Assembly (NCBI GenBank): GCA_028534125.1
Contig: CM052816.1
Span: 98,210,001-98,274,000, forward strand
Direction: 5' to 3'
Length of the DNA stretch: 64,000 bases
Origin: Lama glama
Lineage: Eukaryota
In this document: one piece after another, positions 37,256 to 50,560 of the stretch
Layout: the number at the start of each line of letters is the position of its first letter
Numbering within the stretch: position 1 is the first letter of the stretch
The notes under the pieces: model-generated
What the model was told of the DNA's origin: nothing
Database searches by the model: none
Seen by the model: only the letters and a program-made list of their open reading frames with translations
Position numbers and translations under genes: made by a program

Positions 37256-37510
37256 AAGAGGTCAGTGCATAAAGCATGGACTTGGGAATCCAGGTGTTTG
37301 GGTTTGAATCCTGCTTTTATTGCTTATTAGTTGTATAACTTTAGTTAAATTAATTTTAATATTTATGCTTCAGTTTCCCATGTGTAAAAAGGTATCAATA
37401 GTGTTTTTTCTTATATGGTTTCCTTACATGGGGATTAAGTGGGATATGATATAAAGTGCTTATAACACTGACTGACACAGAAGAAGTGCTATGTTTAGCT
37501 ACAATTATTT
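37256..37510 (+). mobile_element. MIR, near full length
   Basis: AAAGCATGGACTT...TGGGTTTGAATCCTG...CTTCAGTTTCCCATGTGTAAAA...TAAAGTGCTTA.AACA.TG..TGACACAGA. Confidence 0.85.
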
Positions 37511-40500
37511 TAAGCTAGATCAATAGTTTGGGGGAGACTCATTTTATTACACACTTTAATTTCATTTTTGTGATGAAAAATAAGATATAGAACACACCAG
37601 TAGCAAAAGCCTCAATTTGCAAATAAAATGCATCAGAGCCTGGGTGCAGGTCCTCGCTCACATTTGTGTGTGTGTGCACCTGTGCCTGTGTGTGCATGCG
37701 TGCACCGTTACGGTAGCTACAAACTCCCCAGTCACTTAAATGCACGAGCAACTTGAGCTGCAAAGCCTTCATCCTTACAGGATTCTACGCTCTAAAAATA
37801 CTGTAAAATGTCAGGTGGCGTTGTGTGTACTTGACAAACACCCACTGAAGGAAGAAAGGCAGCAGTCACAGTGTCATTTAGACCAAGTACCCGAAGGATG
37901 AGGCTGACTGTCCAGAAGGTCCATTTTCACTTGCTGTCTGCGGAACCACTCGTGAGCATTAAGAATATATTTGAATGTGCCTGTTATTTTTGCATGAACT
38001 AAATATTTCCTTAATATCACTTCTGGAGCTATTGACAGTAGTCTTTAGAAGAAAGTTGTCTTTCCGTATACCTGACAGGCGGCTTGTCCTGTGGGCTCGT
38101 GGCAGGGTCCCCGCTCAGCTCTGCTTTAGGACGTCACAAGGCTGCCCTGGCTCTCCTTCCTTGGCTCACTATTTTAACTCTTTGTAACTTGAACCTCCCA
38201 AGAACACACTCCCTTTGATTGCATGATTTAGGGCATCTCTTCGCGGGAAGGAAAAATCAAGGAGGAGTGTTTTCCCAGTTTCCCGTATGTCAGATAGGGG
38301 CGAGAGCCTCTTTTTTTAACAAGTAGTCCAGATATTTTCTTCCATGTCTGTCCTGGGGCAGGAGCCAACTTCTATTTGTCTTGCTTTTCGGGGACAGACT
38401 GATTTCCAAGTCTGGGGCATAGCCTCCCCCCCACCCCACCGTCTGCACGTCGCTGGGGGCAATGAGTCTGTGGGTGACACCTTCTCCCCGTTGTAATTGA
38501 AAACAGCTTTGTGTCTTTCTCTGGTGTCCAATAGAGACTCATTCTGAATGATGGGATTAGGGAGAGTGGCTTTAATTTTCTTCTTCTCCTTCCCCCCAGT
38601 TTCTATAATGAACATGTTTAACTTCTATGAACAGAAGAGAGAGGACAACAGTTATGAGGTGGGGGCATTGATCACTGATGCATTACTTGGAGAATCAGAA
38701 TAGGTTGAAATTGTACCTCCGCAGCGAGTCAGGCAGAGTAAGTAAAGGCACATTAAAGCCAGTTTTGATTTCTAAGCACCTCAGAAGTATAAATAAAAGA
38801 CACAAAACAGTAGTTATAGCATTTCAGAAAATTAGTAAGCTCAGGGACAAGGGAGGTATATTGTTATTCTATAAATAAATAGCACAGCTTTAAGCTTATA
38901 TTGCTTTTGTTTGCAGATGAATTTGAGTTTGAATATCATATGCAAATTGAAAATGCAGGTAGCCCAGAGAGATTATACTCTTACGTTTTCATCACATAAT
39001 AAATCACTTTTGAATCCTTCCAAATGAATTTACTCCTTGTACTGGTATTAACTTTAAATACATTGGCATAGAAGTTTAATTTTATAATTAGTTTGTGCCG
39101 TGCAACCCTGTAGGGAACCAGAACGGGGCTGGGGCTTGGGGGGAGAGAAGGAGGAGTGGGCTGGGGAGATAGGGGAGGAGTTTGTTGTCTGATCCAGGAA
39201 GCGCAGGCTTCAGTTGCTTCAGAGCCCCTTTCAGAAAGTGGATGGTAGAAATCGGGGACTTCTCCAGAGTGCAGGGTCTGAACAGTTTTTTGAATCACCC
39301 CGGCCATGCCCTCCTGTCTCCTGCCGGTCACTTTTTGCGCCTCGTAGCTTCCGTGCTGGCAAAGCCCAATCTGAGGCAGGTGGGAGAGGGCAGGTGGGAG
39401 AGGAGGGCAGGTGGGCACTCCCAGGCCTGTTGAGTGAGGGGGACGTGGCTGTGGGTGGCTCACCAGGAGCAGCCTCCTTGCCATCTCTGAACCCCCAGGA
39501 GCGTGTCCCAGGCAGCCAGGATGCGGGGTCCCGCACGCCCTGGGTGGAGCCAGGGTGAGCATGTCCTCATCCTGTCTTCCCATTTCCTGCCAGAGAGCGT
39601 CTTTGCTGCTCTAAAGCTGTCTAGGACGGTGTGTCTGAGAGCAGCTCATCCGATGTCTGCCTAGGTCGTCAAAACGGGAAGAGTAAGCCAGCAGTGCTCT
39701 CCATTTCACGCTGTTTCTTCTCTGCGTCAGGATCCGCAAGTTCCTTTAGTTCCTAAGCCTGAATTTCACATGCCGTGATGGTGTGAAGGATCAAAAAAAA
39801 GTGGAGTGAGAATAAAGAGGAGTGATTATGAGAGTGTAAACGGCACGTCCGTGATTATAAACAGAAAAAAGAGCAATTGTCAACTCTGGTTTGGACTCGA
39901 TGAGACACCAAGGAAGGGTTTCTGTTCATAGAAAACCACTCTCGGCTGAGTTGGAAGCTGACTGTGGGCTGGTGGAGCTGCAGGGGATTCTTAAAAAACT
40001 CCAGCCCCCGTGGTCTATTCCCTGGGAAACAATCCTCAGGAGGATGGGAGGAGAAGGCGAGGGTGAGTGTAGTCGTGCTCGAGGCGACCGGGAGGCTGGA
40101 GGCTTTCAGTGTCAGTTCTCATGGCTGCTGCTCATCTTCGGGTTGTGTAGCTGGTTTCATCAATAAGTTTGGTTGCTTTTTATCCCTTTTTGAATAGCTA
40201 TCTGGGAATGATTAGTTCTAAATCTAGTTTGCACAGGTAGAGCTATAAGGCAAGTGATTTGTTCGGTTTGCTCATTTTCTCAATTTTAAATGCTCTTGGC
40301 AAGGAAGCCATCTATCTTTTGCAGCAAAGCCTTTGTAAGCCCTCCCCCAGTGAAAGGGCCTCCGCAGGGGCAGCTGGAGAGGGGGCGGCCCGAGGGGTGC
40401 CTGCCCTCTATGTGGGGGGGGAGCCCGGGGAGGGGAGGGAGGAGCCTGGCTGCACGGGGGGGTTGTCTTGTCATCTTGTTGCCATCTCTGTCCTTCCCAC

Positions 40501-41334
40501 CCTCTGGACCTTGGGAATTCTCATGGGGAAAAGTGTTAGATCCTGGAGCTGAGCCTCAGGGCGCAAACCACACTGCCCAGGGGACCAGGGGACAATTGGA
40601 AGAGAGTCTTGGGTCCTTTATCTGCTCCTCCCTTGAGGGCTCAGGGAAGACGGGACACTCCGGGGGTTGTCCGGAAATTCCTTAATTGGTAAACAGGGCT
40701 GGGAAAGTGCCTGGGATCCTTGCAAAGGAAGGTGTTGGCTAAGCTAGATGGAGGTGTAATGTTATTCCAGAGAACCAGGGTTTGCAGCTGATACAGGAAA
40801 CTCCGAGGGTGGAGTCAGACTGAGCGTGTTTTGCGTCTCTCCCCTCAGTGCACAGAGAGGACAAATCTGCCTTTGAAAACAACAGGAACCACATTAGCTC
40901 CCAAAGCTTTAAGCAAGAGCAGGCGGAAGCTTTGAGGCAGCTGGTGGAGGGGAGCAGAAGCTCGGAGCAGGCAGCCAGCTGGGAAATCAGAGTGTGACCA
41001 GGGCTGGTCGCGGCCGCCTGGGCTCCCGGCCCGCCCTGCTGAACCCTCTGGGGGAGTCTCACTCTGGGGAGCATGCTCTCCTGCAGGGAAGGCTGCCCCG
41101 GTGGGGTGGGGTGGGAGGGAGGAGTGGGGGCGGCAGAACGGAGGACTTGTGAACTTGTGTCCACAATTTGTGGTGAGGACTGAGGGGGAGGGGGACCCTG
41201 AGAAACACTGGAGAATTTTATTCCCCTGCCCACTGGGCAGGCCCACCTGCAGGTTCTAACTCAGATCAAATGGAGTTCGTCCGGACAGCCCTTCCTTCGC
41301 ATGGGCCTCCTCCGGGTGCGTTTTCACTAACTCA

Positions 41335-41697
41335 CGGTCTCAGTCTGCTGGGGCACCTGTAACATAACACCACAGACATAACACCACAGAAATAAACACA
41401 CGTGTATTTCTCACAGTGCTGGAGGCTGGAAGCCCAGATCAAGGCGGTGACAGATTTGGGATCGGGTGACGGCCCAGTTCCTGGCGTGTAGACCACCACC
41501 TTCTTACTGTGCCCTCCAGTGGCCTCTCCTTGGTGCCTGGGAGCGGAGAGACCAGGCTCTGGGGTGTCTCCCGGTGAGGGCACTAATCCCATCGGGGCCC
41601 CACCCTCATGACCTCATCTACCCTCAGCACCTCCAAACCCTGTCACATTGTGGGGTGGGGGCTTCAACACGGGCATCCAGCAGATCACATTCAGAGA
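41335..41697 (-). mobile_element. MLT1A-type MaLR solo LTR
   Basis: TATTTCTCACAGTGCTGGAGGCTGGAAG...GGGCACTAATCCCAT...CCCCACCCTCATGACCTCATCTA. Contains a 14-bp tandem duplication of ACATAACACCACAG. Confidence 0.88.
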
Positions 41698-41989
41698 ACA
41701 GAAAAGATTTCCAGGCAAATCCAAGGCCCCGAGGCATGTGAGCACTCACACTGAGCTCCTTGCTCACCTGCATGCACCAAACCCGATGGTCCCCAGGTCT
41801 CCACCTCAGGGCAGCACCGCTCACTCCCCTGCTGCCCCTGCCGCTGGAGCTGCATCTCCCTCCCACCTCGTGCAATGCCAGGCTCCTCACCTGGTCTCAG
41901 CCCTGCCCTCCACCACTGGTCGGGAGCGGCTGCCTCCCTGCGGGTGGAAGAATAAAGATGGGACTCCTGAGAGTGGATGAGACAGCTGC

Positions 41990-42232
41990 CCCTGCTCTCA
42001 GCACACGTTGCCTCCACAATCCCATTACATCTTCAGGCCCCAGGCGCCCTTCCCTCCCCTCCAATAAGGCACGTGTCCCATCTGGTAATTACTCCTTTAT
42101 CTGTGCTCCTCCTCTTCCACCAGACTCCCCGTTCCTGCAGGGCTGAGCCGTCTTTGCTAACTCACCTCCACAGGGTGCTCAGCACTGGCCCTGGCTCAGG
42201 AAAGGATCCTGAATGGGATGATTGACAGATGT
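41990..42232 (+). mobile_element. L2 3' end
   Basis: CCACCAGACT...CTGCAGGGCTGAGCCGTCTT...CTCAGCACTGGCCCTGGCTCAG...GATTGACAGATG. Confidence 0.5.
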
Positions 42233-45200
42233 CCAAACACTCTTCATTCTCACATCTGAATCCCAGCCCTCCAGTGAGCGATCTGTCTTAAAGAGCTTCC
42301 CACCCACAGCCTGAGTGGCATCCATCCCTGGCGATCAGCGTGCAAGGCTGTATCTAAACAGCCTCTCCGATTGCTGCTCCCATAGCTCTGCACCCTGATA
42401 GCATCACCTCATCTACAAAAATTAATAGCACATTTCCACCTCCCAAGAGTCAGAGATGGGAATCCTCAGAGCTTCCGACCCGTTGTTAGGTGGTCCAGCC
42501 TTGGTTTTGGGGTTCACACTGTAAATGACAGGCGGGCAGCTTCTCTTGGTCTCCTCCTCTCTTGGGAGTGTGGGGCTGCAGGCGGGCTCAGGGCAGAAAT
42601 ACGCCAAGGGCAGCTGGCTGGCAGCGGGGATGGGGATTTTTATCTCAAACCCTAATAAAAAGGAAGGAGGCTACTGAGATGAGGGAACCTAGGTCGTCCA
42701 GAGTGACATCGCGACGTGGCCTTCCTCTTGACAGGTGGAATTTGCGCTCCTTTCACAGATGTCTATTTCTTGGTCCCCCAGGAATGCAGAAGATAAATAT
42801 ATTAAGAAAAGAAAAATAGGCTTTTTCCAAAGAACACGTTTTCCAAGGAAACTCCCAACTAGATTCTGTTTTCAGTTTTAGCTCTTCTGGTACAACTGTT
42901 GTGCTAACACGTGTCAAGCACACCCGAAAGCGAAGCCCCGGGCTCCTGGGCCCCCGCCATTCTCACGCAGACGGGGACTTGGACGCACAGCGGACGCAGC
43001 TCACAGGTGCTTGGCGCCGAGGCCACGGTGGCTGTGAGGCTGGGGCTGGGGGCCAAGAGCATCTCCAGGCAAAGCGCATTCCCAGGAGATCCACCATGCC
43101 AGGTCACAGGTCAGGGCACTGAGCCGCTGCCCTTCAGATGAGCTGGGGGCGCCAGAGGGCTCTGTGTCACACTCATGCCCACCCCCGGTTGGTTTTCTCT
43201 AGAAGGACATTATAAGGATATGAGCTGCATGTCTTTTGTGTACGTGTTTTTCTTTCTCTCCCCGCCAAACCCAGCTCCAGGTACTGTGGCAAACAGTTGG
43301 TAAATTGTAAGCTCAAGATCACTTACGGCTTCAGAAGGGAGAAGGGTACATAAACATGAGGGTTTTTTCCAACTGTCGCCGCTAAATTTTAACTTGCTAC
43401 TGAATTAAATTTAAGTAAAGGAAAAAAATGACAGGTTATAGATTTACACAAGTTCTAATCCTGAAACAATATTAAATGAAAACATTCCTTCGAAGCTTTG
43501 ATTTCAAGGGGCTGGGGTGATGGGGGCAGGGGGCAAAGTCTCAAGCTGTGCCTTCCAGGGTGCGTCCCGGACCTCAGGGATGGCTGGTGAGGCAGCCTCT
43601 TGGGGTCCGGCAGGCGGCTTCTGTCGGCATGCAGAGCACAGTGTATCAATCAGCGTGGTGCTGTTTGCATGTCTAAACTCTGCACTTCAGTTTGAAGCAG
43701 CTGAAATTCACTTGACTCTAGGTGGCAGAACAGCAGCAGGGAGCCGGGTGGTACAGGCGAGGTGAGCCTGGAAGAGTCAGAAGCCAGGACAGACCCCCTG
43801 TGCTCCCCACACCCGCCGCAACCCGCTTGCTGCTGTGAATCAACAAAGGCACTGGAGAGAGGGAGGGGAGGTCTAGACGCCCCCTTTTATCTCCTCTTTT
43901 TAATTGCCCTCCACCTGCATTCAAATCCCCATGCACCAGTCTCCAGCATTTTCCACAACGCAGTGTCTCTTGCGACAGAGCCCGATGTTTCCTGTCAGTC
44001 TCTGTGTGTCTTGTTCAGTCTCGATTCAGGAAGGAGACCATGGCAGACAGCGTCTCAGCACGAGCCTCAGCTTGCAGCACTGCGGGACGGGGGAAATGAG
44101 CTCGGAGCCTAATGTGTCTAGACAGCATATTTAAACGGCCAGGAAGCAAGCGAAGGACCTCTGGCTCCAGGGTCCGGGCTGCACGACCTTGTGCTCTCTG
44201 CTCCCTTTTCCTTCTCGATTTGCCCCAAAGGGAGCCACGGTGCCGAGTGCGTGCGTCTGAGGGCTCTTGCTTTCTCTGCTTTTTAGTGCTGGTTCTCATC
44301 AATTCACTGCCGCGTAAGAATCAGCACTTCTATGATTTAACGTTGTACCAAAAATGTGCAAAAATCTCTTCTTTCTGGACTTTCCTTGCCAGTGATGGCT
44401 TCTTTCGCTCGCCTCTGGACAGTCCATCCCTGAAGTGAGGCAACGTGGGAGGAGAGCTGCAAAGAGGGGCAGACACTGGAGAACGACCAAGTGAGTCCAA
44501 GCACACAGCGCCCGGGACGGAAAATAACCATCTCATGACAAACAGAGAGAGCGAGCGGGGCGCGTTTGGCAAGGACAGCGAGGTGTGAAGGGCCGGGAGG
44601 CTTGGACCCGCTGGGCTGATCTCCCTGGAAAGGCTCTGGGTGCGGATGTTCATGGACCAGCAAGGAGGTGAGATCAGGGTCTGTGCACAGGGGGCCCTGC
44701 TGACCTCCTTCCTGAATATTTTTATTATGAAGAAAAAGTTTCCTCTAAGAAAAGCACTGAGGACAAAACGCCAACCCCACAAACGGTCTCCAGTCTTAAC
44801 CACCATCGCCCCCTTCGGCCACATGCGGGTTCCTGTCTGCCTCTTTGCTGGCCCCCAACACCCCAGCGGTGGGACGCCACCACTCCTCAGCAGTCGACCA
44901 GAACCCCGGATTCTTGACTCTGAGAGGGAACTGAACCCATCTGGCTGAAGCTTTTCAGCAGCTGGGGACAGAGGGCGACACCAGAACTTTCGGGGAATAA
45001 AGAGGGCAGAACGCAGGTATCTGTCAGTCCCGTGATTAATCCCTAATGAACCTTTACGTTTCCACAAACAAAGCTGGATCAACTGTACTTCTTCATGGAA
45101 GAAATACAAGAGTTCAAGGGAAAATACTCGGTTGCGTTTTGATCTTAGAACGACGCAGAACAAAACAAACATTACTGCCGCCAGTGCTAACTCCCAAACA

Positions 45201-45952
45201 GACTGAACTCCCAAAGCTTATTTGAAGACACGTGTGGAACATTTTGATCACATATTCTAAAACAAAGCAACTCTACACGTCACAATCGAGTGAGGGGAAA
45301 CAGTGGTCCACGTCTTGTTCTGTAATTGTGTTTGAAATGCTGTGTGCACGCGCCCAGCAGCTCACTCAGCATTTCTTTGTGGGGGAAACCCTGAAGTGCC
45401 AGTTCCAGTGGCCACAGATTCATTTTCAAATTGAGGAAAAATCTTCTCAAAGTGGTGCCAAAGATGAAATACTGTGCCACCATATTGTCACAATTCTCCC
45501 CTTAAAGGTATTCTGAATTGGGATGAGGGGCAGGGTGTGGGAGGTTAGATTGGGTTTTCCTGATGACTATGGAACAAACATTGGTCTTTTGCTGAATTAA
45601 ATGCTGGTGAAGCAAGACAAGCTGCAAGGCAGAGGGTGGTCACAGACAGTGCGGGACAACCTCTACTTCTGCCCGGATTTTTCTCCATTATAGTCACACC
45701 TGAAACCGTAGCCTAGGCTACAAACCTGCCCATTATGTGTGATGTTTTGCATCCCCCTGGAAACTTAATTTGCAAATTCAGAAGTCATAGAGCCCCTTCT
45801 CCATTTCTGGTACATAGCAATTTAGGTACAGTGACAAGGAACTACTAGGGTCGGCCTGTCTAGTATGTTATGGTAGAAAAAATCTCGTTATTGCCAGAGA
45901 GTCACTAAAGCTTGAGATATGAACACCTGCTATTAAAACACATGAAAAGACA

Positions 45953-46088
45953 GGGGAGGGTATAGGTCAAGTGGTAGAGTGTGTGCTTAGCATGCACCAG
46001 GACCTCCTCAAAAAATGAAGAAACCTAATTACCCCCGCCAAAATAAAATGATTAAATAATACAATAATAAATAAATAAAATATTTTTA
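45953..46088 (+). mobile_element. tRNA-derived SINE, camelid Vic-1-like, with the B-box deleted
   Basis: Head GGGGAGGGTATAGGTCAAGTGGTAGAGTGTGTGCTTAGCATGCAC, body AAACCTAATTACCCCC and an A-rich tail. TSD core ACATGAAAAGA at 45940-45950 and 46092-46102. Confidence 0.85.
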
Positions 46089-46102
46089 AAAACATGAAAA
46101 GA

Positions 46103-46275
46103 GTGAGGACTTTAGGATTATATAGGCTAGGATTTGAATCCTCTACCAGTGCTGAGTCTTGAGAGTTACCTGCATGTCCAGTTTCCTTACTTGCTAGACA
46201 GAGACTGTACTTCCTACCTCTGAGGGCTTGGATGGCAACTGAACATTATAAGACAATTTATGTACATAAAGAACC
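46103..46275 (+). mobile_element. MIR
   Basis: GGACTTTAG...CTAGGATTTGAATCCT...CAGTTTCCTTACTTG...CCTACCTC. Confidence 0.65.
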
Positions 46276-46414
46276 AATGCAAAATAAACTTTTTCTCTAA
46301 AAGAGCTGATAAATTAAAACACAGTTGAAAGGGTACATATTATATTTAATATTGCATTGAAGGGGACATGTATCCCTGGCAAGCTGACCTTCTAAATAAC
46401 CTGAACACCTAACA

Positions 46415-46660
46415 ATTATAACAATAATTTCCACTTACACAGAACCTAAGAATGGCTCTAAATGATTTGCACATGTTAAGTTATTTATTTCTTACACACC
46501 CTTAAGAAAGGGAGTATTATCATGTCCAGTTTACAAACGATGAAACTGAGGCACAGAGAGGTTACACAATTTTCAAAACTGTGTACATCTACCACTTGGT
46601 GGGCCTGAGATTTGAACCAGGGCAATAGACTTCAGAGTTCACACTATCAGCTGCTACACC
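46415..46660 (-). mobile_element. MIR, near full length
   Basis: GTATTATCATGTCCAGTTTACAAACGATGAAACTGAGGCACAGAGAGGTTA...GATTTGAACCAGGGCA. Confidence 0.85.
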
Positions 46661-47644
46661 AGTGTCTTGCAAGTCAACTAACAAGCAGGTAGAAATGCTG
46701 GCTATATTGGCCTGGGCACACGTTGAAATATGTAGATAAGGCACCTGGAAAGCAAGGGAAATTCTCAGCAAGTCAAAGCTTGGGAACAGCCTGAAACGAA
46801 GGTGCCAGGGAGCAGCTGCTGCTGCAACTTCCTGGCGGGACTAGGAGATGGGAGACCAGGCAGCAGTGCGAGTAGCAAACGTGTGTAACTAAAGCCACGG
46901 GTCTACACATGGTATGTGCCGTACAATTATGACCCTCACAGAACTGCATATTCAGGAAAAGGTAGAGAATGTTTGTTGATCAGTTCAGAAAGCAAACATG
47001 CTTGCCTTAACCTGGGCCTTGAGAGGAAAAAAAAAAGCATTTCAAAGAATATGTAATGTGGGCCTGCCTACTAGTGAAGTTTCTATTACCCATAAATAAA
47101 AAGTTGTGAACTGGCATAAAAGGGGCACAGAGCCAGAAGTCCCCTGTGGCAGCCAGAAAGGGACACAAAACCCACATTTTAGGGATTCATCTCCAACCCA
47201 GTCTGCCATGGGTTGGCAGATATAACACCCACTCAAGAGGAATTCACATCCAACACACTGAGGAGGGGACCTACTGTGACAACATCAGGAGACGCAATCA
47301 AGTCAGGAAAGGTGCCCAGAACTTGATATGGGAGAACTCCTGGGGAGAACTCGGGAGATGAAGCCATGAGCAGGGACCAGAGGCATGAAGAGGAGGACTC
47401 TGCAAGAGAGGGAGGCGCCAGACATGACCACCTGCCACACAGGTGTGAAAGTCACGAAATAGCTGAGATGAAAGAGATGAGTGATTGAGGGCATGAGGAG
47501 GTGGGCGCCAAGCAGAATAGATGTAGTGAAATGTAGGTTGCTCTAGGGATACACTCAGTATTATTTTGAGGATGGCTTTAAGGACTAAGTGAAATGGTAT
47601 TTATGAAATGCTTAGGAAGCAGTAACTTGTTAAAGTAAAAACTA

Positions 47645-47795
47645 TAAAACATACACACATTTATATGTATATATATGGCAATTGAACACTACATGAACTT
47701 TATATACATAATAAATATATATATATATATACACACACATATATACACATACATATATACACATACATATATAGACACACATACATACACACATG
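47645..47795. repeat. (TA)n/(CA)n compound microsatellite
   Basis: ATATATATATATACACACACATATATACAC... Confidence 0.9.
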
Positions 47796-47799
47796 AAAG

Positions 47800-48330
47800 G
47801 CAAAATTATTGTCCAACATAGATTTAATGAGGGTTCCAAAAGAAGAAAATAGGAAGAACGAGAGAGAAGAAATATCCAAAGTATAAAGGCTAGACATTTG
47901 TAGGGTTTAAGGAGAAATCTGAATTCTCTTAAGCAGAAAAATCTGTGAATCCAACAGGATAAATAAAAATACATACAACTAGACACATCATAAAGTGACT
48001 ACAAAATCAAAAAAGAAAAAAAAATCTTAAGTTTATCCAGTGAAAAAACTAGATTGACTTACATATTAAAAATTTACCTGACAAAAGACTTCTCAATATT
48101 AACAATAGAAATGATATAATAATAGAATAATTTTCAAAGTATTAAAAGAAAACAAACTTCTGCTTGGAATTCTACATCTAACTAAGCTACTATTTAATAA
48201 TGAATTTTAAATAATTGTATTTTCAGGCAAAGATTGAGGAATTTAACCACTACTTAAAACTTTATAAAAGAATAAGAGAAATTACTCTAGAAAGAAGAAA
48301 ACTGAAGCTAGAATAAACTGCAAGTGAGAA
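47800..48330 (+). mobile_element. Old L1 ORF1 / HAL1-like remnant
   Basis: GTCCAACATA...GTTCCAAAAGAAGA, CTAGACACATCATA, AAAATCTTAA, GACTTCTCAA and GAATTCTACATCTAACTAAGCTA match degenerate ORF1. Confidence 0.65.
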
Positions 48331-48339
48331 TAGTTGGGT

Positions 48340-49420
48340 CAAACAAAATAAGAAATGAAAGCGAAAAATAACAACAGGTATCACAGAGATACAAAGAAAT
48401 CATGAGAGACTGCCACGGACAGCTATGTGTCAACAAAGTGGACTCTCTGAAAGAAATGAACGTACTTCTAGAAACACAGAAACTTCCGAGTCTGTATCAA
48501 GAGGAAACAGACAATCTGAATAGAAGAGTCACCAGTGGTGAAATTGAATTTGTAACAAAAACTCCCAGCAAACAAAAGTCCAGGCCCAGATGGCCAGAGA
48601 AATCACAAACCACAACGAGCTGTCAGGTCTGCCAGAAAGGTTGTTATTAAAAAATCTACGAATAGCAAATGTTGGTGAGGCTGTGGGGAAAGGGGATGTT
48701 GGTGGGAATGCCGATGGGAATGTAAATTGGTGCAGGCACTGTGGAAAACTGTAGAAAGGTTTCTCACAAAACTAAAAGTAGAACTACCATATGATCCAGC
48801 AGTTCCACTCCTGGGTATGTATCTGAAAAAAAATAAAAACATTAATTCCAAAAGATACATGTAACCCAATGTTCATAGTAGCATTAGTCACAGTAGCCAA
48901 GATATGGAAGCAACTTAAGTGTCCACCAACAGACGAACAGATAGAGAAGACGTGGTTATGTGTACACAGTGGCTTATCACTCATCTGCTAAAAGAACTGA
49001 ATTCTGCCATTTGAAACTATGTAGATGGATCTGGAGAGGATTATGCTCAGTGAAAAAAGTCAGAAGGAGACAGATTAGTGCTGTGTGTCATCACTTACAT
49101 GTGGAATCTAAAAAAATAAAACAAACAAATGACCATAACAAAACAGAAATAGACTCACAGATACAGAGAAAAAATTGTTGGTTACCAGTGGGGAGAGGGA
49201 AGAGGGAGGGGCAAGATAGGGGTAGGGGATTAAGAGGTACAAGCTACTATGTATAAAGTAAATAAGCTATAACCTTACAGTGTACAGCACAAGGGAATGT
49301 AGTCATTATTTTATAATTACTTTAAATGTAATATAATCTACAAAAATACTGATTCACTATATTATACACCTGAAACTAATATAATGTATAATTTTATTAT
49401 TTGTTTGCTGTGATAAAAAA
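48340..49420 (+). mobile_element. L1 ORF2 fragment plus 3'UTR, with an internal deletion of the RT region (junction ~48594)
   Basis: Pre-RT ORF2 (…AAAAGTCCAGGCCCAGATGG = KSPGPDG) is joined directly to C-terminal ORF2 (CAGAGAAAT…AAATGTTGGTGAGG…), followed by a complete 3'UTR. Confidence 0.9.
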
Positions 49421-50049
49421 GAACTGAAAAATTGGACATTAGTAACATACCAGAATGTAGTGATTTAATAGATTATTACTATTATAAACTATTAGTAGAT
49501 CACTGATAAAGAAGGATAAAGATCATGATTAGCTCCATTTTTCATGTTAAGTCACATGTATATGTTAAAATCTTGAGAAATAAGATCATAGATCTTAAGA
49601 AAGACTTTTAAGGGAATGTGTAAATAATTAAAGAAATAATTCCATAGTAGCTGCACCAGTTTACATGCTAAATAATTAAGGAAATAAAATCGAGTGAAGA
49701 ATATTTGATCTGTGCAATAGCAAAAAAAAAAAAAAAGAGAAAAGAGAACAAATTTACAGACATACTAGGAGGTTTTAACACTATTCTCGATTATAAGGGT
49801 ATATTAAACATATTTTACTTGACCAGTTTAATTGAATAAAACATACATAGAATTTTGTCCTCAATTATAATTATTTTAGAGCATATATAGAGCCATTATA
49901 AAAACTGACCTCCCAATGTTAAAGTAGATCCCATCGAATACTAAAGAACAGGTATCGTAAAGATAATGACATCGTAGAGTAATAAGTCTGAGAAGGAACG
50001 TTCTAGAACATTTAGGGAGATGTATAGAGAGGCAAGGAGGGAGACTCCG

Positions 50050-50560
50050 TGGAGAGACCGAGGTTGCTGACCCAGGGATGAAGATTAGTCAGAACCATCC
50101 TTCTCACGTGCAGTGATGGATGCTACAGTAACAAGCTTTCGAAGTCCTTGGGAAAAATCAGTTTAATCTCAGAATGCTGCATCCTGTGAAAGTCACATTC
50201 AAGGATAAAAGCTAAGTACTTCTGAGTGTAAGGCAAACCTAAACACTCTCTCTGGAAGCATTACTCAAAGTTTGCTACAGCAAAGTGCAGAATGAATACA
50301 ATGAAAAAAGAGAATGTCAGACGCATGAAACAGTGATGTGCAAAATAATACTGCCTGGTAAAACTTGTGGTTGACTCTGAAAAATGTGGTTAAAAAATAA
50401 GACAATTAATACACATCTGGACATGAGTTCACAGAGGATAACGATGGCAGAGATGCTGGGAAGCAGAGAAGAAACAGATGCACGAAATCTTCTTGCCTTG
50501 TTGCGGGGGGTGAAATCTAGACATTAATCAAATTGTCTTTATACAAAGTTTCAGGGCTTT
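50050..50560 (+). mobile_element. HAL1 / old L1 remnant
   Basis: CTCAGAATGCTGCATCCTGTGAAAGTCACATTCAAG...GGAAGCATTACTCAAAG...CAGCAAA. Confidence 0.45.

Noticed and set aside
44330..45214. 294-aa minus-strand ORF, the longest gap-free ORF
   Set aside because: Non-ATG start, no recognisable family and a composition typical of chance ORFs. A BLASTP or PhyloCSF check would settle it.
45953..46005. Possible tRNA gene
   Set aside because: It is a SINE head: no T-arm or B-box, followed by a SINE body, A-tail and TSD.
46103..46660. Inverted MIR pair as a dsRNA source
   Set aside because: The copies are too diverged to pair stably.
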